DNA of 64,000 nucleotides from the human T2T-CHM13v2.0 reference genome, Homo sapiens, in assembly GCF_009914755.1 (NCBI RefSeq), contig NC_060935.1. The stretch is one strand, 5' to 3'. The notes beneath the pieces were generated by a model, which searched no databases, was not told the origin of the DNA, and saw nothing but the letters and a program-made list of their open reading frames with translations. Positions 18,591-36,475 of this stretch are shown here, piece after piece. Numbering within the stretch: position 1 is the first letter of the stretch; each line of letters begins with the position of its first letter. Made by a program: the position numbers and the translations under genes.

Positions 18591-18662
18591 AAGAGAGAGA
18601 GAGAGAGAGAAAGGAAGGAAGGAGAGAAAGAAAGAAAAAGAAAAGAAGGAAGGAAAGAAGGA

Positions 18663-18726
<64 letters not shown>

Positions 18727-18800
18727 AAAAGAAAGAAAGAAAGAAAGAAAGGGAAAGCAAGCCAGCAAGGAAGCAAGCAAGCAAGCGAGGGAGAAAGAAA
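18591..18800. repeat. Compound (GA)n/(GGAA)n/(GAAA)n/(GCAA)n microsatellite grown from a FLAM tail
   Basis: Directly visible, with a long pure GAAA run at ~18661-18727. Confidence 0.95.
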
Positions 18801-19336
18801 AGGAGTCTACCACCCTACCAGGGTACTGATTTGACCAGCAAAACAACCAGATCTAAATGACAATCAGTCCACTTGATGGAGACCTCATGATGAATGGTCT
18901 ACCCTTGGTTGGGTTTGCCACCTGACGTAGAAAATGGGAAGAGGAAAAAAACTGAAACACAATTAATGAACTATGTATGTTGTATAGGTATAACAACAAT
19001 CACACTTCTCTGTATGAAAGCTGTGTTTTCCCCTGTGATTTCCTTCTGAGATTTTATACAAACTGGTGCTATAGCATTTCGCCTCATCAACTCTTTGTGG
19101 TTATTTGGTTGCTACAGTCTTTTCCCTAAAGGGAATTATCAAGGGCCTCAGAAGGAGATGGAAATCAATGGTACTATGACAATTTGCCAACTATTTGAAA
19201 AAAATAAATTTATATAATCCTAACTTATAGACAAAATATATGTCAGGTGAATAAAAAAGTTACATTAAAAATTAAGACGAAGTGAATATTACTCTAATCT
19301 CTAGATGAGAAGAGTATTCTCATCTTAAAAACAAAA

Positions 19337-19915
<579 letters not shown>

Positions 19916-20092
19916 GGAAATTTAAAAAGAGGTACATTTGGCTACATAAAACTGAGAAAAAATCTATTTTCAGATAAAGAGAAGTGTGCAAACTGAAACC
20001 TGGGAAATACACAGGACAAAAGTCAATTTCTTTAATGTGTAGTGAAATATATAAATCAATAAGACACAAACCACACCAAGCCATATTAAACA

Positions 20093-20602
20093 GTGTTGAC
20101 TGCCTTCTAGAATGCATTTCCCTCAACTCCCCTCCTTTCTGATTTTGTTGTCAACATCAGAGTGTTCAATCTCAGGGGATGGATCATGTGTGGTCAAAGT
20201 CTGATATTTCAATCCCATTTCTTGCTTTTCTAATTCCCTTGCAGCTAAGGATGACCATATGACATGGTTCTGGTCAAGGAAATATAAAGTAGAAATCTGC
20301 TCGAAGGCATCACAGAAGGCCTTTACTTCCATGATCAAAAGGACTCTTCTTGGATATATACCCAAAAGAAGCAGTTGTCACCACTATTTCCTTTTTCTTT
20401 CTGCCTCGAATATGAATGTGATGTCTGGAGCAGCTGCAGCTATTTTGCGTTACAAAGGCACCATTCTAACATACTTAAACCACTAAACCAGCTGGCAGCT
20501 ACCTACTTCCAGATGTATTCTTATGTCAGAAAAATGTACCCCCGATTTGTTAAAGTCATGGTTAGATTTTCTGTTATTTGTGACCAGAAGCTTTCTGGAT
20601 AC
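20093..20602 (+). mobile_element. LTR33-like ERVL solo LTR
   Basis: CCCTTGCAGCTAAGG..CCATATGAC, GTGATGTCTGGAGCAGCTGCAGC and TTTTCTGTTATTTG motifs. Confidence 0.65.
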
Positions 20603-21218
20603 AGATCCTCATATATAAATGGGTAGCTATGTGAATAGACAATTCACAAATCAAGAAATGTGAATAGTAAACATATGAAAATAGTTTAAGTTCATTATAA
20701 TCACAGCATTAGAAATTAAATGAAGCATAATTTTTTTTCCCACAAAATTGGCAAAGAGTTTTAAAAAGTAATACCACCATCCAGGGATAGAAAGGATTCG
20801 TTAAAACAAAGGCCTTCCCGCACTGCCAGTGAAGGTGCAATTTGGTAGAACACTTGGAAAGCAGTTTGGTAACATGTAATGAGAACTTAGAAAACATCTA
20901 TATTATTTACATGAGTAATTCTACTTTTTGGAATTTACCCTTGAGATAATTTAAACTGAATTAAGAATGTAAGCATAAAGGCTTGCCAGTGTTACTTAAT
21001 GTAGCAATAAGAAACAAATAGAATAAGAAAACACTAAAGTGACTAAAATATTGGAATGGTTAACTAAATTATAGAATATATGCAGTAGAATAGTATACAA
21101 CCACAAAAGTTATGTTGACTCTGAATCTTCAGTATGAAGGGGTTATTTTTATGTTATGATGTTCATAAATAACAAAAATACCTAAGACCACAACTGTGTT
21201 AAAAGTAATGTGGGCGAA

Positions 21219-21520
21219 GGCTGGGTGCGGTGGCTCATGCCTGTAATCCCAGCACTTTGGGAGGCCGAGGCAGGCAGATCACTTGAGGTCAGGAGTTCAA
21301 GAACAGCCTGACCAACATGGCAAAAACCCATCTCTACTAAAAATACAAAAATTAGCCGGGTGTGGTGGCACATGCCTGTAGTTCCAGCTACTCGGGTGGT
21401 TGAGACAGGAATATCCAGGCAGAGGTTGTAGTGAGCCGAGATCACACCACTGCACTCCAGCCTGGGCGACAGAATGAGACTCCGTATCAAAATAAATTAA
21501 TTAATTAAATAAAATAAAAT
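21219..21520 (+). mobile_element. AluS with right-arm deletion
   Basis: Dimer missing ~10 nt near 21410. Confidence 0.93.
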
Positions 21521-21529
21521 GACATGGGG

Positions 21530-22090
21530 GTAACAGTTTGACAATTCCTCAAAAAGTTAAACATAGAATTACCATATGTTCCAGTAATTCCATTCCTACC
21601 TATATACTCTGGAGAACTGAGAACAGGTACTCAAACAAATACTTGTGAGACAATTGTTCATAGCAGCATTATTCACAATAGCCAAAATATGGAAACAACT
21701 CAAATGTCTATCAATGGATGAATAGATAAATAAATTGTGGCATATGCATACAATAGATTATTATTCAGTCAAGAAAAGGAATAAAGTATTAATACATGTT
21801 ATAAGGTGGATGAACCTCAAAAACATTACACTAAGTAAAAGAAGACAGACAAAAATTATATAATTCCATTTACATGAAATATCCAGTATAGGTAAACCCA
21901 TGGTTGCTAGTAGTTGAGGGGAGGTGGGAATGAAGAGTAACTGTTTAATGGGTTCTATTTTGGGTTGATGAAAATGTTTTGGTACTAGATAGAGGGGGTG
22001 ATTGTACAACATTGTTAATGTACAAAATGCCAATGAATTGTTAGCTTTAAAGTGGATAGTTTTATGTTATATTAATTTAACTTCAATAAA
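21530..22090 (+). mobile_element. L1MB 3' end
   Basis: AAAAGTTAAACATAGAATTACCATATG ... AATAAA, typical L1MB 3' UTR. Confidence 0.8.
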
Positions 22091-22099
22091 ATTTTATTT

Positions 22100-25045
<2,946 letters not shown>

Positions 25046-25089
25046 ATACAATTAGTTTGGAAGTAAAAAAAAAAAAAAGTAAATATGGG

Positions 25090-25465
25090 GAGTTCTGCTT
25101 CCAGATAAGATAGAGTAAGTGCTTTCACCCTGTCTCTCCTAGGAAATATAGCCATAGAACCTGGTCACAAGGCACAGAACAGATATCTGATAAGTAAATT
25201 GTAGTAGGCAAATTGTGAAAGAATGTAAAATACCACTGAAACTGCTGTGAATTTACTTTTTTCCCTCTCCTCCACTATACCCTGATTTGGACTCAGAGTA
25301 GTGCAAAACCCAGAAATGAGCATTGGTGCAAATGGAGAGAGTTCCAGGAAAAGCCCCCTAGTTCAGGTTTGAGGAGTAGGAAAAGGGTTTTCTGGCAGCA
25401 ACAGCAGTGGTAGCTGGGGCGCATACACACTAAAACTCTCAGGGAAGGGAATCTTCCCTTCGAAT
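25090..25465 (+). mobile_element. Old L1M 5' UTR-like fragment
   Basis: TTCTGCTTCCAGATAAGATAGAGTA resembles old L1 5' ends. This is from recall only. Confidence 0.45.
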
Positions 25466-25474
25466 TAGAGGAGC

Positions 25475-27050
<1,576 letters not shown>

Positions 27051-27707
27051 TGTAAAAACCAAAAAACGCTTATACTGGAAAAGAAGAAAGGTCTTCAATC
27101 AATAATCTAAGTTTTCACCTTAAGAAATGAGAAAAAAATAGCAAAATAAACATAAAGCAGGCAATGGTAAATATCAGAGCAGAAATCAATTAAATTGAAA
27201 CAAAAACAATAAAGAAAAATCAAAGTAAGACAAAAAGCAGGTCCTTTGAAAACATCAATAAATTTGATAAACCTTTAACACGACTAAAAAGGAAAAACAG
27301 GGAAAGAATACAAATTATCAATACCAGGAATGAAAGAGGGGCTATTCCTACATAATATTCAGACATTAAAAGGATAATAAATAAATATTATAAATAACTT
27401 TATGCATATAAACCTGACAACTTAGAATAGATCCATTTCTCAAAAAACACGCACTGTCAAACTCACTCATGATGAAATAGCCGAAAAAGTTCTATATCTA
27501 TCAAAGAAATTGAGCTCATAGTTTAAAACCTTTCAAAAAAGAAACTTCCCATTCCAGATGGTTTCATTGTTTCATTTTACCAATCGTTTAAGGAAGAAGC
27601 AATGCCAGGGCTATATAATCTCTTCCAGAAAATAGAAGAAAACACTTCCTAAGTCATTTTACAAGGCTAGAATTACTGACACCAAAACCACACAAAAATA
27701 GTATACA

Positions 27708-28007
<300 letters not shown>

Positions 28008-28148
28008 GGATAGAAAACCAGAAAACTATATATCAGTACCTCTCATGAACCCAGATTTTTTAAAAACCCTCAATATTAGCAAATGTAGTGAAATCATATA
28101 AAAAGAATAGTACATGATGATCAAGTGGGATTTTCTTGAGCATGTAAG

Positions 28149-28578
28149 TGGATTAGTTTTCTCAGGCTACCCCAATAAAGTACTGCACATTGAGCGACTT
28201 GAACAACAGACATGTTTCACAGTTTTGGAGGCTGGAGGTCAAGGTGCTGGCAGGGCCATGCTCCCTCTGGGGGCACTAAGGAAGGGTCTGTTCCAGGCCT
28301 CTCTCCTAGCTTCTGAAGTAGTTCCTTGCCTTGTGGCAGCGTTACTCCTGTCTGCACAAAGCATTCTCCCTGCGTGCTTGTCTGTCTTTGTGTCCAAATT
28401 TTCCACTTTGTATAAGGACATCATTAATATTAGAATAGGGCCCATCCTAATCACCTCATTTTAACTTGATTTTCTCTGTAAAGACCCTATTTCTAAGTAA
28501 GGTCACATTCTGAGGTATTGGCAATTAGGACTCTAACATAGCTTTTTTATTTTTTGGAGGACAGTTCAACCCACAACA
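28149..28578 (-). mobile_element. MLT1B/C MaLR solo LTR
   Basis: MLT1 motifs; perfect TSD GTAAG (28144-28148, 28579-28583). Confidence 0.85.
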
Positions 28579-28601
28579 GTAAGGCTGGTTTGATATTCTA
28601 A

Positions 28602-28927
<326 letters not shown>

Positions 28928-29065
28928 GTATATCAATAGTCTATAGAAGAAAAAGCCACATGGTCATAGAAGTTGATGCAGAAAAAGCATTTAATAAAAT
29001 TCAAGATATGTTCAAATAAAAGCTCTCAGCAAGCAAGAAATAGAACCAGATAAAAGTCATCTACA

Positions 29066-29218
29066 GGCCGGGCATGGTGGCTTATGCCTGTAATCCCAAC
29101 AGTTTGGGAGGCCGAGGCGGGTGGATCACTTGAGCCCGGGAGGTGGAGACCAGTCTGGCCAACATAGCAAAACCCCATCTCTATTAAAAAAAATTAACAA
29201 AAAAATAAAAATAAAAAA
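29066..29218 (+). mobile_element. Alu left monomer (FLAM_C-like)
   Basis: TSD AAAAGTCATCTACA. Confidence 0.88.
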
Positions 29219-29719
29219 GTCATCTACAAAAAAATCATAGCTAACATCGTAGTTCATAGTGAAAGACAGTGCTCAGCAACAAAGCAAGGAAGTACAATGT
29301 CAATACTCCTATTCAACATCATGCTTGAAGTCCTAGTCAATATTAGGCAAGAAAAAGAAATAAAAGGCATACATATTGGAAAGGAAGAAATAAAACCATC
29401 ACCACTTACAGGAGACATGATTGGCCATGTAGAAAATCACCCAGAAAAATCTGCCCCCCTCAGAAAAGAACATCCTAGAGCCAATAAGTAAGTTTAGCTA
29501 AGTGGTAGGGTACAAGATCAATATCAAAAATCAATTGTATTTCTCTATACTAGCAATGAACAATTTTAAACTTAAATGTAAAAATTTATATGGAAAAGCA
29601 AAGGAATGATATAGACAAAATAGTTTTAAAAACAAAGAATAAAATCGGATGGCTTATTTAACTCAGTAAAACACCTTTGAGAGTCACACAGGTTGTTGTA
29701 TGTATAAATAATTCATTCT

Positions 29720-30016
29720 GGCTGGGCACAGTGGCTCACACTTATAATCCCAGCACTTTGGGAGGCCAAGATGGGCAGATCACCTGAGGTCAGGAGTTTG
29801 ACACCAGCTTGGCCAACAGGGCGAAAACTTGTCTCTACTAAAAATAAAAAAAAATTAGCTAGGTGTGGCGTCACACAGCTGTAATCCCAACTACTCAGGA
29901 GGTTGAGGCTTGAGAATAGTTTGAACCCAGGAGGTGGAGGTTGCATTGAGCCAAGATTGTGCCACCGCACTCCAGCTTAGGCGACAAAGAGAGACCCTGT
30001 CTCAAAAAAAAAAAAA
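29720..30016 (+). mobile_element. AluS preceded by a 71-bp inverted copy of 31776-31840
   Basis: Full dimer; see findings. Confidence 0.93.
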
Positions 30017-30806
30017 GGGAGGAAGCATACTACTTGACGTTAAGACCTACTATAAAGCCACAGTAATCAGGATACCATAGTATTTGTGAAGGAAAAGACA
30101 TAGAGGTCTATGGAAAAGAGCAGAGTCCAAAAATGGACTCCAAAAATATAGCAAATTTTTTACAAAGGGGCAAAAGCAATTTAATGAAGGACAGTCTTTC
30201 AACAATGGTGTTGGGATAATTGGGCATTAATATGCAAAAATAAAATGAACCTCAATCTAAACCTCACACTGCACATAAATCTTATTTCAAAATGCATCAG
30301 TGTAAGACATAAAACTATAAAACTTTAAAAAGAAATCATAGGAGAAAATGTTTGTAATCTGGGCTGAGGCAGAGTATTCTTAGAACGCTACTAAAAGCAT
30401 GATTCATAAAAGAAAAAAGTTTGATATGTTGGATTTCATCAAACTGGGTAACTTTTACTCCACAAAGACACAGTAGGAAAGTTAAGACAAGCTACAGATG
30501 GGAAGAAAATGTTTGCAAACCTGGTGTTCAACAGGAGACTTGTATCTGGAATATATAAAGAATTCTCAAAATTCATCAATCAGAAAACAAATAACCCAAC
30601 TAAAAACTGTTCAAAAGATTTTAGCAGATACTTCCCCAAAGAGAATATATGGAAGGCAAGTAAGCACATAAAAAGATGTTTACCATCATTAGTCACTAGG
30701 GAAATGCAAATTGAAACATGAGGAGATACCTCTACAAACCTATTAGAATGGTTAAAATAAAAAAATATTCAAAATACCAAATGCTGGCAAGACTAAAGAA
30801 CTACTA

Positions 30807-31164
30807 TGCTCTTGTCTGAAAGTATGTGTCCCCCCAGAATTCATATGTTGAGCCCTACCCCTCAAGGTGATGGTAGTAAGGGATGGGGCCTTTGGCAGGT
30901 GATTAGGTGGAGAGGGCTTCTCCCTCATGAATGGATCAGTGCCCTTTTACATGAGGCCTGAGAGGAAGCCTTTTTGCCCCTTCTACCATGTGAGGACACA
31001 GAAAAGGCACCCTCTATGAGGAGGGGGACTTCACCAAACACAGACTCTACCAGTGCCTTGATCTTGGACTTCCCAGGGTCTAGAACTATAAGCAATAGAT
31101 TTCTGCTCTTTATAAATTACCCAGTCTAAGGTATTTTGTTGTAGTAGCCTGAATGACAAAGACA
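30807..31164 (+). mobile_element. MLT1A0-like MaLR solo LTR
   Basis: GTGTCCCCCCAGAATTCATATGTTG...ATAAATTACCCAGTCTAAGGTATTTTGTT. Confidence 0.85.
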
Positions 31165-31459
31165 GAGATTGGAACTCTTATATACTGTCGGTAGGAATGC
31201 AGAATGGTACAGCTGTGGGAAAAACAGTTTGGCAGTTTCTTGCAAATTCAAGAATATGATCCAGCAATTCCACTACTAATAAAAATCATGTTCACACAAA
31301 AGCCTGCTCATGGATGTTGATAGCAGCATTATTTAATATCATCAAAATGTGTAAACAAAACAAGTGTTCTTCAGTGGGTGAAAGGATAAACGAACTGTAG
31401 TAATCCATATAATGAAATACTAAATACTACTCAGCAATATAAAGGAATGAATTATTTAT

Positions 31460-31775
31460 TTATTTGTTCATTTATTTATTTTGAGATGAAGTCTTGCTCT
31501 GTAGCCCATACTGGAGTGCAGTGGCACCATCTCAGTTTACTGCAACCTCCACCTCCCAGGTTGAAGTGATTCTCCTGCTTCAGCTTCCTGAGTAGCTGGG
31601 ACCACAGACGCGTGCCACCACGCCTGGCTAATTTTTGTATTTTTAGTAGAGACAGAGTTTTGCCATGTTGGCCAGGCTGCTCTCAACCTGGCCAACATGG
31701 CGAAACCTCAAGTGATTCTCCTACCTCGGCCTCCCGAAGTGTTGGGATTACAGGTGTGAGCCACCTTGCCTGGCC
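31460..31775 (-). mobile_element. AluSz-like with internal fold-back duplication
   Basis: TSD GAATGAATTATTTAT (31445-31459, 31777-31791). Confidence 0.93.
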
Positions 31776-31954
31776 AGAATGAATTATTTATACATACGAC
31801 AACCTGTGTGACCCTCATTTTACTGAGTTAAAGAAGCCATTCTCAAAAGGTTATGTATTCTGTGCTTCCATTTATATAACATTCTTTAACAAATAAAACG
31901 GTAGTGTTGAAGAACAAAATAGTGGTTGCCAGGATAAGTTACTCCCTCCCTGAT

Positions 31955-32199
31955 CCCCTTTCCTCCCTCCCCCATCCCCTTTCCTCCCTCCCCCACCCCC
32001 TTTCCTCCCTCCCCCATCCCCTTTCCTCCCTCCCCCACCCCCTTTCCTCCCTCCCCCATCCCCTTTCCTCCCTCCCCCATCCCCTTTCCTCCCTCCCCCA
32101 TCCCCTTTCCTCCCTCCCCCATCCCCTTTCCTCCCTCCCCCATCCCCTTTCCTCCCTCCCCCATCCCCTTTCCTCCCTCCCCCATCCCCTTTCCTCCCT
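31955..32199. repeat. 21-bp minisatellite (CCCCTTTCCTCCCTCCCCCAY), 11 full copies plus 1 partial
   Basis: Units start at 31955, 31976 ... 32186; only the last base varies (T/C). Confidence 0.97.
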
Positions 32200-32638
32200 T
32201 AACTGCTGTTAAATGCATCGTTTCAAAGTGAAAACCAAGGTAAGCTTTATCAATATAAAAAAACACAACTTTTTGTTGGGGTGCAGAGAATTTGGTCACT
32301 GTCATCTCCCATTTCCTCTTTCATCTAGAAAGCCTAACACACCATGGAATGAGGAAGCTGGCTCCTGTGATCTGTTAATATTTGAAGTATGGCCTTTTAA
32401 TAGGGCCATTGGCAATGTCAATAAGGAAACATCCTGAGAAGGAGAGGGCGATGAGCCTATAGCTCTCAAATCTCACAGCTTGGGGAATAACTCACTACAG
32501 AAAAACCGACCTGAATGAAGGTGAAGGAGAGAATCCACCCACGTTTACGAAAGACCATGCCTTAGCTAGCACTTCTTAGTTCTTAGCCACCTTCTTCTCA
32601 ATTTTAAGACCCTGCTGTGCTAAACAGGAAGGAAAGCA

Positions 32639-32778
32639 TTTTCTTTTCTTTTCTTATTACGATACTTTAAGTTTTAGGGTACATGTGCACAATGTGCAGG
32701 TTAGTTACATATGCATACATGTGCCATGCTGGTGTGCTGCACCCATTAACTCGTCATTTAGCATTAGGTATATCTCCT
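32639..32778 (-). mobile_element. L1PA2/3-like extreme 3' fragment
   Basis: Near-consensus GTACATGTGCACAATGTGCAGGTTAGTTAC...CCCATTAACTCGTCATTTAGC. Confidence 0.9.
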
Positions 32779-33203
32779 TACTAAACTTAACCTGACCTCC
32801 TTTTGACCTTCATGTGGTTCTCAGGTTTAAGACCATCTGTGCTAATGAGGAATGAAAGTATTTTCTGACTAACCTTCACCTGACTTTCTTTCGCCCTTCA
32901 CCTGGTTTCCTCAGATCTTTCTTTCCCTTAGTTTGTATTGCCTATAGCAGTAAGTTAAGTTCCATTTGACTAGGTATTGAGTACCGAAGTGTGTGAGGCT
33001 CTCCATCCCTGAAATAATCCTTGACCACAAGGAATCAAGGTTGATGTACAACTTACCATGTACCAACTTACCTGTGCACACATTAACATTGTAAAGAAAA
33101 GGACAAGGGCAGAAAAACATTTAGACATTTTTAAAAAGAAATTTACCCTTACAAGTTATTTATTTTTTAAAAGACATTTTTAAAAAGTATTTTACCTTCG
33201 TAA

Positions 33204-33599
<396 letters not shown>

Positions 33600-33879
33600 T
33601 AAAAAATAAAACAGTAGTAAAAGGGTTAAAGTCCCTTTAAATGTGATTCCCCAAAGATAATCATTTTAACAGTATAAAGTCTTCCTTACAGAATGCATAT
33701 ATGCATTTTTAACATAAATGGTTGCCAGCAATTTTTTCTATATAGGCAGATGGTATCAGTTATCTTCCCATACCCATTATGCCATTTTCCTTAGTAATAA
33801 CATCTCCAACTTTTAGCTGAGCATTTGACTACATAGAATTGTGTGTTTTTTATTTTTATGGTGAATGGAGATAAAATAG

Positions 33880-34260
33880 CAAGAGATTTAAAGTGGATAG
33901 ATCCCAGTCCTGGTTCTGTTATGAGCTAGATGGGCCAGGTGAGGAAAGTCACTTCAACTTTTTGGTACTGTAGGAGGCAGCACAGCACAGTGATTATGTA
34001 CAGATGGAGTTCCCAAATCGGACACTCCCTAGCAGTATTATCTCAAGCATGTCACTTACCCTTTCTAAGCTTCCTTTGTCGAATGGAGATAAAGATATCC
34101 CTTAACTCATCAGGTTGTTGTAAGAATTAAATGAGATAGTGCACACAAAGAGCTTAGCATGGGTCAATACTCAACAAATGTTAGCTATTATTACAGTTGT
34201 TTTATTAGCTTTTGGAAAAGAAGATAATAGTATTTGCTTTATCAGGTTGAGGATGAGGAT
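33880..34260 (+). mobile_element. MIR fragments
   Basis: GGTTGTTGTAAGAATTAAATGAGAT...AAATGTTAGCTATTATTA. Confidence 0.7.
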
Positions 34261-35129
34261 AAAAAAATATGAAAGACTTTATAAGCTAAAAGAGTTATAA
34301 TATCACTAAGCTTAAAAAGAACACTGCTGCTTGGCATTGGGATATGGAACGATATTATTATAGTAGTTCTGTGTGTATTGCCTGTGGGGACAAATCCACA
34401 GGAGTAACTAGACAGGAAAATGTATCTGAGAGGAAGTTCTCCCTCAGTTTAAAGGAATTAACTAAATTGGATGCCATTGGAAAGTGCAGACAGCTCAGAG
34501 ATCCGTGGTGTGTTAATCTGGTACTTTGTTATGTTTCAGAACTTGCTCAAGCCTCTTGAGCACACTTGTGACTTCCAGGCATTGTTCTTGTTGTCCCTTT
34601 TCCAGGCCACACAGGACTGCATAAGGGCGAGCTACAGTTCATCTTACACATTCTATCGCCAATGAAAACCTTTCATAGACTGAAGCCATTTGGGACAGAA
34701 TCTGTGTTTTATTTTCCACTGTATTCTCAGGGCCAATCCAGTGTCTGGCACACAGTAAAAAGCCCAATCAGTAGACATCCAATGTCTCTAGAAACTCTGC
34801 CCCTTAGCCAGAGGCAGATTTCACAGGCTGGGAGAGGAGAGGGCAGGCAGAATGTGTAGGGGAGGCAGGAGGCTTGTGTATCTGGCTTTTAACCTCTGCC
34901 GGATGTGGCAGCTGCCACCAGCTATAGACCACTTTATGACTTTGACATATACAGTCCTGTTCAGACCTGTGCCACAGCTCAAGGATATTAGTGTAAATCA
35001 ATCAGAAAAAACTAAATTCTGGAAAACCCTCCTGGGCTGCAATCTTGCCATGGAGCAAAAAATGGTCTAAATCTAGACATGCCATTTAAAAACTTGATTA
35101 CTCCAGGCACCGTAACATCTGGTTCTGAT

Positions 35130-35505
35130 GCCAGATAGATTTAGGTTCAAATTCTATCTCTGACGTTTATGAGCTGTGTGACCTTAGGCAAGTTCCTTAA
35201 CGTTGCTAAATTTCAGTTTTCCTTCTATAAAAAGCCATTAATAATACCCCAAGAAATGGTTGTGAGGATTATTCAATCTTGATGGGTAAAGTAGTTTTGA
35301 AATAGATCTGGATTATAAATTCTGGCTCTGCTGCTTAAGTTGGACAAAATACTCGACCTTTTTTAATTGTTTCCTTCTCTGTGAAATGAGAATTAAAGTG
35401 TATACCTAATGAGGTTATTGGGAGGATTAATTAAATCTGTATAACATGTTTAGTACAGTGCCTAGTATATAGTAATGGCCTAATAAATGTTAGCTGTCGT
35501 TATTA
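35130..35505 (+). mobile_element. Two MIR fragments
   Basis: GCTGTGTGACCTTAGGCAAGTT core and AATAAATGTTAGC end. Confidence 0.7.
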
Positions 35506-35589
35506 CCACAATAATTACTATTATTACATAAAAAGGCAGCACTTAATATATGTTGGTGTGGCCATCTCCTCCACCTTAATCTCCTACTA

Positions 35590-35990
35590 ATGAGAAATAT
35601 CCAAGAATTGGACAATTGGGTCAAGCGTAAGGCGTATCTTGATAGATATTGCCATAATGCTCACCAAAAAGCTTGTAATCAACTTACAATGTCACTAACA
35701 ATGTGCAAAATCTGTCCATTTCATTCCAACCCTCACCAACATTTTTTTTTCTGTCATTTTTAAAGGGGCAGCATGGTATCTCAAGGTTACTTCAATTTTC
35801 ATTTATTACTGTGAGGGTAGACATTTTCCCATCTGTTATGTTTACTGTTTGGATATCTTCTGGTGTGAATGATTTATTTCTATCTTTTGCCTATTTATCA
35901 GTTTGAATCTTGGTGTTTTTCTTAAAAATCTGAATAAACTATATATTAGAAACATTAACTATTATATTTAATGCAAATACTTTCCTGGTA
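35590..35990 (-). mobile_element. Old L1ME fragment
   Basis: Antisense L1 motifs (TGGTATCTC, TTATTACTGTGAGGGTAGACATTTT). Confidence 0.5.
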
Positions 35991-36170
35991 AGTTGGAGCC
36001 AGAGAGGTCTGGTACAGATGAGGGGAGATCAGGAGAAAGTTCTATGTGTTCAGGAACTTTTCTGTGGGTGGGGCTGCTGCCTTCTGCATGATGAACTCAA
36101 CTACCCTCACACCTATCTCAGAACATCTCTGGCCCTGCATGACACTGTAGTTCTTTTTTTAAAAAAAAAT

Positions 36171-36475
36171 GATTTTATTTATTTTATTTTTAAAGACAGG
36201 GTCTCTACTGTGTCACTCTGGTTGGAGTGGAACAATCATAGTTCACTGCAGCCTTGAACTCTTGAGCTCAAGGGATCCTCCCACCTGAGCCTCCTGAGTA
36301 GCTAGTACTGCAAGTATGTGCCACAATATCAGGCTAAATTTATTTTTAATTTTTATTGTAGAGACATGGTCTCTCTGTGTTGGTCAGGCTGGTCTCAAAC
36401 TCTTGGCCTCAAGCGATCCTTTTGCCTCAGTCTCCCAAAGCACTGGGATTACAGGCGTGAGCCACCGGGCCCAGC
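36171..36475 (-). mobile_element. AluJ
   Basis: Diverged full dimer. Confidence 0.92.

Noticed and set aside
18402-18860. Lys/Glu/Arg-rich and Phe/Leu/Ser-rich ORFs
   Set aside because: Translations of the GAAA microsatellite.
31955-32199. CRISPR-like array
   Set aside because: Head-to-tail repeats without unique spacers, in primate DNA.
31886-32305. Repetitive ORFs (GGKGMGE)n and (PHPLSSL)n
   Set aside because: By-products of the 21-bp VNTR, whose unit is a multiple of 3 and has no stops.
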